Part shown: in pieces, positions 1 to 6,508 of the stretch
Numbering within the stretch: the stretch's first letter is position 1
Layout of the letters: each line of letters starts with the position of its first letter
Virus record (IMG/VR): IMGVR_UViG_3300009285_005630
Reading direction: 5' to 3' (one strand)
Source of the DNA: a virus
DNA length: 22,002 bases
Notes under the pieces: model-generated
Told to the model about the DNA's origin: nothing
What the model saw: only the letters and a program-made list of their open reading frames with translations
Database searches by the model: none
Program-made: the position numbers and the translations under genes

Positions 1-2
1 TG

Positions 3-131
3 GGCATGGGGATCGAGAGCGTGCGCACCGAGGGCGGCAGGTTCGAGATCCTGATTCCGGCGGCGCGCGTGACCCTGCTGCACTGCCACGTCCTGTACTT
101 CCAGATACCGCCGCGGACCAGAAGCCTATAA
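3..131 (+). CDS. 3' fragment of an unidentified high-GC3 coding sequence (partial)
   Basis: Frame 3 is open from the window edge to TAA 129-131 (GMGIESVRTEGGRFEILIPAARVTLLHCHVLYFQIPPRTRSL*). 37 of the first 39 codons end in G/C. No recognisable family. Confidence 0.4.
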   Translation, partial: GMGIESVRTEGGRFEILIPAARVTLLHCHVLYFQIPPRTRSL

Positions 132-138
132 AAACGTT

Positions 139-606
139 TTGGATGCCATCGCCGACTACGTAGCCAAGAGCGGAGTAGGGAAGTGGACCGGAGAACGGCT
201 GGAGGCATTAGACCAGTTTCTTAAATCCCACCCGAAGACCAGAACCTTGGCGGGCGTGGCCGTCGCTGGCCTCCTGATTTACATTTGGCTGAACATGGCA
301 TTCACGGGGGATGTCAAGTATGATTTTGACCTGACGGACGCCGTGAAGGCGCTGACCGGTCAGTTCTCCCTATCGGCGTTATTTGCGGGTACGGATGGGG
401 TGAAGCTCCTTCTGCTCTTGGCCACGGGCCTCCTGGGGGCTTCGTTCCCCTGGCCCGGCCCAACGTCGGCTAAGTTCCTCGTGGCCGTGGTCCGTGGTAT
501 CGCCTCCTGGGCCAAACAGCGCTTTGGTAAGTTGGAGCCCGGCGCGGAGGCAGCACAGGCGGAGTCCGTGTCCTTGACGGCGGATATCCTCCTGCTGTGG
601 GGATGA
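139..606 (+). CDS. Phage hypothetical protein with two hydrophobic segments; probably 5'-truncated
   Basis: 155-aa ORF with LAGVAVAGLLIYIWLNMAF and LLLLLATGLLGASFPW; stop 1 nt before the next ATG. The TTG start has no SD and the frame continues upstream (EAYKNVLDAIADY), so the true start is uncertain. Confidence 0.65.
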   Translation: MDAIADYVAKSGVGKWTGERLEALDQFLKSHPKTRTLAGVAVAGLLIYIWLNMAFTGDVKYDFDLTDAVKALTGQFSLSALFAGTDGVKLLLLLATGLLGASFPWPGPTSAKFLVAVVRGIASWAKQRFGKLEPGAEAAQAESVSLTADILLLWG

Positions 607-607
607 C

Positions 608-1102
608 ATGGGACGCTTTCGGGGGACGATTCCCGCCAAACTGGCCGCATCAAGTACGGACAGGGAGTTTTTCAGCCATGTCGTGATGGACGCATGGAAG
701 ACGTTCTTTAAGAAAATTGAAATCTGGAAGTGGAAGAATACCCCTGATGAGGCGAGTAAAATCTACTTGGAGTCTCCTGACCGCATATTGTATAGCGCCT
801 ATTCCGTGGAAGGGTATGTAGACGATAAACCCGGTTGGGATCCGAACTTGACCAAGGCCGGAATGGACTCCACGCGGGAGTTGAAGTGCCATTTCAGCGT
901 GGACATGTTGCGCGAGATGAACGTGGAATGGCCGTTGATCGGGGACCTACTGGTCATTGACGATCAGTACTACGAAATCAAAGACACGGACCCCATGGAC
1001 AACTTCGCCAACCAGGAATACCAACTCATCTACTCCGTCTTCATGCGGCTCTATCACCATGACAAGGTCAATCCCCCCCGCCGGGGTCGGAGCGTCCGAT
1101 GA
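608..1102 (+). CDS. Neck / head-closure protein (T4 gp14-like)
   Basis: LTKAGMD..RE and PLIGDLLVIDDQYYEI resemble gp14-type head-closure proteins; lies upstream of tail completion and terminator genes; ATGA overlap with the next gene. Confidence 0.65.
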   Translation: MGRFRGTIPAKLAASSTDREFFSHVVMDAWKTFFKKIEIWKWKNTPDEASKIYLESPDRILYSAYSVEGYVDDKPGWDPNLTKAGMDSTRELKCHFSVDMLREMNVEWPLIGDLLVIDDQYYEIKDTDPMDNFANQEYQLIYSVFMRLYHHDKVNPPRRGRSVR

Positions 1103-1647
1103 CTCTACGGGTGCGGTCCACGGTGGCCACCACGAATCCAGTGACCGTCCACCTCAATGTCTTCAAGAAGAAAGGCATGGTGCTGTCCCGAATCGTGGCC
1201 ATGAAGATTGCGCAGGCGCAGGCTGAGGAGGTCAAGAGCGTCATCGACACGCAATTGTACCGGTGGAAGCCCTTATCCCCGAAGTATCTCCAGTTCAAGG
1301 AACGCAACCGGTTGGATCTTCGGAAGCTGATCGCGGGAGGGGATTACGTCAGAAGTATTTCCGCCCGGTGGACGACCAAAGATCGCATTGTCGTCGGTCC
1401 CCTGCGTCGGCGGCACCAGAATCCCCTCACGGGCCGGTATGACGGCCCCATGTTGCCCAAGATCGCCCGATGGATGGAGTTTGGCGTTCCGTCCCGCAAT
1501 ATCCCAGCACGTCAAAGCTGGCGGCCCGTGGCGGCGAAGATCAAACGCGAGATGGCTAAGACCTTCCGTCGATTTCAAAAGGACGTGCTAAAGCCGATCC
1601 GGGACGACGTGCGCAAGGGCGTCAAGTACAAGAGGAAGAACTCATGA
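1099..1647 (+). CDS. Tail completion / virion morphogenesis protein (HK97 gp10 / Ne1-like)
   Basis: Very basic; WKPLSPKYL..K, LIAGGDYVRSI and IARWMEFG...NIPAR.SWRP motifs are typical of this family; ATGA coupling at both ends. Confidence 0.75.
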   Translation: MTLRVRSTVATTNPVTVHLNVFKKKGMVLSRIVAMKIAQAQAEEVKSVIDTQLYRWKPLSPKYLQFKERNRLDLRKLIAGGDYVRSISARWTTKDRIVVGPLRRRHQNPLTGRYDGPMLPKIARWMEFGVPSRNIPARQSWRPVAAKIKREMAKTFRRFQKDVLKPIRDDVRKGVKYKRKNS

Positions 1648-2342
1648 GCCCCCAAGTGAACGTAGTTCCTAATCCGATAGGGTCCGTGGATGCTCTATTG
1701 CAGACGTATTTCACGCTGACCCTACCCTCAGCGAAGGTGACCGTCGTCCCCGTCATGGTCGTTCCAAGGCCAGAATTGGCGTATCAAAAGGACGTGGACC
1801 CGCAAAATAGCTTTCTGCTCCCGGATAATGAGGCCGACCGGTTGCGGTTCCCGTCGCTGACCTTGCAAAAGTCCTTTGGATTTGACCTTTCTGAGGGGGA
1901 GAGCAACGCGCTATTACGTGATTTGGAACTGTCCCGTGATGGGAACCTGATGAAGGTGGTCCAGATTCCCCGGTGGATACGAGTCCCATACCAGATGGAC
2001 TTTGAAGCCAAGTGGCACAGGGACATCAATGAATTTATCGTGCTCTTCAATCAGAAGTTCCCACGAAAGGTCATATCGTCATCCATTGAACTTCCGGACC
2101 ATCCGGGCCGGTGGCGAGTTGACATTATTTGGGAGCCTCCCTTGGTGGACAACTCTGATTTAGAGGGCTTGGAGCAGGAGCGCCGTCTGCGCCTGACTGC
2201 ATCGTTGCAGGTGGAGATGCCGTTACAGTTTACACCGGAATGGGCGCGCACCGTCCGCAAGGTGCTTGTCGATGCGTACGTTCAACAACCTGGCGACGCC
2301 GAGCCTACCTTGGTCGCCGAGATCGTTCTCCAGGAGGGTTGA
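1644..2342 (+). CDS. Tail terminator / sheath stabiliser (T4 gp15 / Pvc16-like)
   Basis: RFPSLTL, PRWIRVPYQMDFEAK..DIN and RRLRLTASLQVE pattern; canonical position just upstream of the sheath. Confidence 0.65.
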   Translation: MSPQVNVVPNPIGSVDALLQTYFTLTLPSAKVTVVPVMVVPRPELAYQKDVDPQNSFLLPDNEADRLRFPSLTLQKSFGFDLSEGESNALLRDLELSRDGNLMKVVQIPRWIRVPYQMDFEAKWHRDINEFIVLFNQKFPRKVISSSIELPDHPGRWRVDIIWEPPLVDNSDLEGLEQERRLRLTASLQVEMPLQFTPEWARTVRKVLVDAYVQQPGDAEPTLVAEIVLQEG

Positions 2343-2423
2343 GCCTTGCGCTGGGGCCGAATCTTCCAAACCCGAGGGTGTCAGAACAGAGAACCAGACT
2401 GCCGAACTATGGCATGAGGAGTC

Positions 2424-2678
2424 ATGATGAAGATCGTCCTGAATCGTTTGAACCAGGCAATGAGCGTCGTGTTGCGCGGGGGACAAGTCCTCCGCCTCAA
2501 GGCGTATGGTCGGAGCGATCCTATTCCCAACGAGGAATTTGTGCCGGAGTCGTACAAGAACGTCGCCAACAAGCGCATTCTCATTCAGGACGTTCCCGAC
2601 GTTCCCGGAACCGCTCCCGCCGAGGACTCCCCCAAACCGGCCGCGTTTAACCGCGCGGGCCGCCGCGCCGGACGTTAA
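2424..2678 (+). CDS. Small pre-sheath hypothetical protein
   Basis: GAGGAG SD at ~2416-2421; 84 aa with a beta-rich N-terminus and a Pro/Ala-rich tail; its stop TAA is part of the sheath SD (TAAGGAG). Confidence 0.7.
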   Translation: MMKIVLNRLNQAMSVVLRGGQVLRLKAYGRSDPIPNEEFVPESYKNVANKRILIQDVPDVPGTAPAEDSPKPAAFNRAGRRAGR

Positions 2679-2687
2679 GGAGACCCC

Positions 2688-4826
2688 ATGTCTGTACATG
2701 TCAGCCCTGGAATTTACACCACAGAACGGGATCTCTCGGCCTATGTGGCCAATCTGTCCACGTGCATCTTCGGCGTCGCCGGGGAGTTTGAAAAGGGGCG
2801 TACGGACAAAATCACGGACATCACCAACGTTCTGGATTTAGCGTTAGAGTTTGGCAATGTGAATCCTAATTATCTGGCCACCTACGCCGTCATTGCGTAC
2901 CTGCGGAACGGGAAAAACGCCAAAGTGCTACGCACCACCGGAGCTGCCGCCGATGAAGCACGGATTATTGTGACGGCTGGAGCCACGCCTGGATCGCATA
3001 CCGGCACCGTGGCGGGGCCGTTTACGCTCGTGGCGCACGTGGACGCGCAGGCCGCGACGTTCACGGGGATCGAGGCGGAGAACTTCAACATCTCCACCGG
3101 CGTGAATGACAAGTTCCTGGTGGCCATTGTTCCAGATCCCGGCGCGTCGCCCTATACGGTCACGTTGACCGCTGGCAGTCGAACGGCCGCGCAAATCTGC
3201 GGTGAATTGAACGCTGGATCCGCTGGACTAACGTTTGCTCCCGATGGAGGCAAGATCAAGGTTACACACAATACTACGGGCGCGGCCGCCACGTTCACGG
3301 TTACCGCCGTCGCCAACGATTGCTATACCACGTTGGGATTTACAGCAGCCGTCGGCGTGGCAAAGGCGGGCGCGGATGTCATCGCGGGGACGGATTACAT
3401 CAAGTTGGTCATTGACACGGGTCACACAATCACTGGTTACCTCGGCGGCGGGACGCTGACGGCGTCGCAGGTTGCTACCGCTATCAACGCTCTGACGGAT
3501 TTCAGCCTGTGGGGCCTGGCGGAAGTTGTCAACAACAAGATTAAGATTTCCTCCTTGACTACAGGTGCGGCCTCTAACCTCACCATGCATGCCGATTCCC
3601 TTTGCGAAACCGCGTTAGGATGGGATAATGTCACGTACACCGGCGTGGCCTCCGGCGGAACGGCGTTTACCGCGTACGCCTATTCCAAAGGCGTCTGGGC
3701 CAACGGGTTCCAGGTCGTCACGTCTGCGGGCAGTATTTCCAGCACATTCAAGTTAACTGTCAAGGATACAGGCGGGAATTCCCTTTACGTCGCGGACGTG
3801 CTGGACATGGACCCCACATCCCCGTATTTCATCATGAAAAAGATCTCCTCGCATTACATTGAGATCGACATGACGGGATCCACGTTGACAACTCCTACGT
3901 TGGGGACCTTCACCCTGGCCGCCGGTGTGGATGCAGCGGCCTTGGACGCGGATTTCGTCGCGTCCCTCCAGGCGTTCACTAATGTGGACCGCGTGGATGT
4001 CAATCTTCTGGCTGTCCCCGGCGAGTACGCCCATGCCGTCGTCACGGAACTGCTGACCATCGCGGAGACACGGGGTGACTGCCTGGCCCTGATTGATCCT
4101 CCCATCGGCTTTGACGTGTCGGAAGTGATCGACTGGCACAACGGCTGGTTGGCCCCCAACAGTTCGCATGTCGCCTATGACTCGTCCTACGGCGCGCTAT
4201 TCTGGCCGTGGTTGAAGGTCCAGGACTACACGAACAAGCAGGAAGTGTGGGTTCCGCCGTCCGGCTTCGTCGCGGGAGCCATCGCCTACACCGACTTCAA
4301 CGCCGAGGTCTGGCAGGCTCCCGCCGGTCCCGTCTACGGTCGTCTCATCAACGTGATGGAACTGGAATTCGAGGCGGATCAGGGGGACCGGGATCTCCTG
4401 TATGGGAACGGCAACGCGGTCAATCCCATCATCGCTCCCCCGCGTCATGGCGTAACCATCTTCGGTCAGCGGACGCTCCAACGCGCCCCGACGGCCATGG
4501 ATCGGATCAACGTCCGCCGGTTGCTCCTGTACCTCCGCAAGACGATTGCTGCATCTTCCTACCTGCTGTTGTTCCAATTGGACGATGCCGTGACCTGGCG
4601 GCGGTTCAAGGGGTTGGTGGAACCGTTCCTGGAGGGCGTCAAGAACCGCCGGGGGTTGAATAGCTACGCCGTCAAGTGTGACGCGGCCACCAATCCCCCG
4701 GACGCCATTGCCCGGAATGAAATGCACGGGGTCATTATCTTGGACCCCACGCGCGTGGCGGAAATCATCCAGATCGACTTCGTGGTCACGCCCTCCGGCG
4801 CGGACCTGAACGAGTTCACTATCTAA
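2688..4826 (+). CDS. Contractile tail sheath protein (T4 gp18-like) with inserted decoration domains
   Basis: N-terminal SPGIYTTERD; NLLAVPG, RGDCLALID, SSYGALFWPW, VPPSG.VAG, WQAPAG, VNPI, IFGQRTL, RINVRRL, KCDAATN and PTRVAEII motifs; TAAGGAG SD. Confidence 0.97.
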   Translation: MSVHVSPGIYTTERDLSAYVANLSTCIFGVAGEFEKGRTDKITDITNVLDLALEFGNVNPNYLATYAVIAYLRNGKNAKVLRTTGAAADEARIIVTAGATPGSHTGTVAGPFTLVAHVDAQAATFTGIEAENFNISTGVNDKFLVAIVPDPGASPYTVTLTAGSRTAAQICGELNAGSAGLTFAPDGGKIKVTHNTTGAAATFTVTAVANDCYTTLGFTAAVGVAKAGADVIAGTDYIKLVIDTGHTITGYLGGGTLTASQVATAINALTDFSLWGLAEVVNNKIKISSLTTGAASNLTMHADSLCETALGWDNVTYTGVASGGTAFTAYAYSKGVWANGFQVVTSAGSISSTFKLTVKDTGGNSLYVADVLDMDPTSPYFIMKKISSHYIEIDMTGSTLTTPTLGTFTLAAGVDAAALDADFVASLQAFTNVDRVDVNLLAVPGEYAHAVVTELLTIAETRGDCLALIDPPIGFDVSEVIDWHNGWLAPNSSHVAYDSSYGALFWPWLKVQDYTNKQEVWVPPSGFVAGAIAYTDFNAEVWQAPAGPVYGRLINVMELEFEADQGDRDLLYGNGNAVNPIIAPPRHGVTIFGQRTLQRAPTAMDRINVRRLLLYLRKTIAASSYLLLFQLDDAVTWRRFKGLVEPFLEGVKNRRGLNSYAVKCDAATNPPDAIARNEMHGVIILDPTRVAEIIQIDFVVTPSGADLNEFTI

Positions 4827-4853
4827 TGGCCTTCATGAACCCCCTCTCCGTCG

Positions 4854-4893
4854 AGACCCTCTCCCCCGGCAACCGGGGGGGAGTGGTCTTTTT
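4854..4893 (+). terminator. Intrinsic terminator-like hairpin between sheath and tube genes
   Basis: AGACCCTCTCCCCCGG-CAA-CCGGGGGGGAGTGGTCT (16 bp including one G:U, one bulge) running into TTTTT at 4889-4893. Confidence 0.75.
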
Positions 4894-4919
4894 CTGAGGG
4901 GACAATAAAGGAGTCACTC

Positions 4920-5423
4920 ATGTCAAGAATGGACGCGGGGCACTTGGTTTCCGGCGGGAAGTTTGAACCGCAGCGCTCGGGGCATTTCGAGTTGGAGTTC
5001 GACGGCTTTCCGGGAGGGGACACGCTCAAGCTGATGGTCAAGAGCGCCTTCACTCCCTCGGAGTCCAATGAAGTCATGTCCATGCCGTACATGAACACCT
5101 TCTCCAAGTACCCCGGCATGGTGACGATTGAGGAGGGGGAGATCGTTATCCGGGACTTCGTGGACCAGGACTCCTTTGACAAGGTGATCCAGTGGCGGAA
5201 ATCGGTATACGATCCCGAGACGGGCGCAATTAAGTCCAATGACCAGTATAAGAAAAACGGCTATCTGTTGCTCGTGTCCAGTGACGGCAGCATAGAGCGC
5301 AAGTTCAAGCTCATCAACGCCTGGCCGTCTGCTATAGGCTCCGTGGCACTGGAACACGGAAGCGCTGAGGAAATCGGCATCCCCGTCACCATCGCCTTCG
5401 ACAAGTTCATCAAGGAGGCATAA
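4920..5423 (+). CDS. Tail tube protein (T4 gp19-like)
   Basis: 167 aa directly after the sheath; FEPQR..HFEL, KYPG, QWRKSVYDPETG, YKK.G.L, KLINAWPS motifs; AAGGAG SD. Confidence 0.93.
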   Translation: MSRMDAGHLVSGGKFEPQRSGHFELEFDGFPGGDTLKLMVKSAFTPSESNEVMSMPYMNTFSKYPGMVTIEEGEIVIRDFVDQDSFDKVIQWRKSVYDPETGAIKSNDQYKKNGYLLLVSSDGSIERKFKLINAWPSAIGSVALEHGSAEEIGIPVTIAFDKFIKEA

Positions 5424-5517
5424 TCCCCACCGTAGAGACATTGTTTCTTCCCACGCTTACTTCCGACAACCGACGATAGAGACCCGACGGAGAGAAAAAT
5501 AACTGAAGGAGAACACC

Positions 5518-6468
5518 ATGTCGGAAGTGAAAATTGTAACCCCCTCGCTCAACAAGGAAACCAGCCGGTTCGGCCCCACGGAGATCCGCCTCCCCTCTGC
5601 GGGATTGTTTTACGGGGGGCAGCCTCCGGACGGCATCGTAACCGTCACTCCCATGAAAACCCGGCATGAGCGCCTTCTGGCGTCGGTCACGAACGATACC
5701 ATGTTCAAGACAATGCTCCAGATTTTCAGCGAATGCACGGATCTCCCGTTCCCGCCGAACGAGCTGCTCCTGATGGATGTCATGTACCTGATGGTGGTCC
5801 TGCGGTCCATCAGTCTGGGGCACGACATTGAGCAGACTATGATCTGCCCCCGGTGTGAGAGCAAGTACACGCATTACATGCGGTGGCCCGACGACCTGGA
5901 CACGCTGGTGGCCACGGAAGAGGACAAGCCGCCGTTTTACACCGTGCTCCCCGTGTGCGGCAAGAAATTCGGGTGGCGCTACCTGTTCGGTAAGGATGAG
6001 CCGGAGATCACCAAGCGCGTGCGCAAGATCATGGAGGACGCGGCCCAGGAACGGGACCCTGAGGCGCGCAAGAAAGCCCTGGAGGACCTCAAGAACATCA
6101 TCATGGTCGTGCGTATGGCGCAGGCCGTGGTCAGCATCGACGGCGAGGACATGAGCGCCAATTTCTCCATGCGCCGAAAGATCGAGGTTCTGGACGACCT
6201 CGTGATGTACGACGCGCAGTTCCTCGAAACCGCCATGCGGGACAAGCAATTCGGGTTTGTGATGGAAACCGTAGCCGTGTGCCCCGAATGCGGGCATGAG
6301 ACCCGGCAGGACGTGCAGCCGTCCGCGGAGTTTTTTCGGCCCAAGATCAACGTGGGAGGATATTCTCGAACAGGAATTCCTCCTGAAAATGGGGGGAAAG
6401 CTACAACTGACGGAAATCGAGGAGATGACCATCGCCCAGCGCCAGTGGTGGATGGCCAGGCTGGATAA
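5518..6468 (+). CDS. Baseplate hub assembly / tail assembly chaperone (T4 gp26-like)
   Basis: LPSAGLFY, PMKTRHE..L, D.MYLMVVLRSISLG, two CxxC motifs (CPRC, CPEC) and EFFRP near the end; between tube and tape measure; AAGGAG SD. Confidence 0.85.
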   Translation: MSEVKIVTPSLNKETSRFGPTEIRLPSAGLFYGGQPPDGIVTVTPMKTRHERLLASVTNDTMFKTMLQIFSECTDLPFPPNELLLMDVMYLMVVLRSISLGHDIEQTMICPRCESKYTHYMRWPDDLDTLVATEEDKPPFYTVLPVCGKKFGWRYLFGKDEPEITKRVRKIMEDAAQERDPEARKKALEDLKNIIMVVRMAQAVVSIDGEDMSANFSMRRKIEVLDDLVMYDAQFLETAMRDKQFGFVMETVAVCPECGHETRQDVQPSAEFFRPKINVGGYSRTGIPPENGGKATTDGNRGDDHRPAPVVDGQAG

Positions 6469-6508
6469 GTACGCGGATGAGGTCGCGCACATGACGAAAG
6501 GGAAATAA
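6332..6508 (+). CDS. Overlapping gp51-like chaperone segment, probably reached by frameshifting from the gp26-like gene
   Basis: The +1 frame reads FFGPRSTWEDILEQEFLLKMGGKLQLTEIEEMTIAQRQWWMARLDKYADEVAHMTKGK*, resembling the gp51/TAC L(T/S)E+E.M...R..+ motif. Its TAA overlaps the tape measure ATG (TAATG). No well-placed SD plus start codon. Confidence 0.7.
   Translation, partial: FFGPRSTWEDILEQEFLLKMGGKLQLTEIEEMTIAQRQWWMARLDKYADEVAHMTKGK

Noticed and set aside
127-134. TATAAAAA as a T4-type late promoter
   Set aside because: It does not match TATAAATA, probably lies in coding sequence, and is not repeated in the real intergenic gaps.
6330-6386. Canonical -1 frameshift at G-TTT-TTT
   Set aside because: The -1 frame stops at TGA 6384-6386 and encodes nothing chaperone-like; the meaningful frame is +1/-2.
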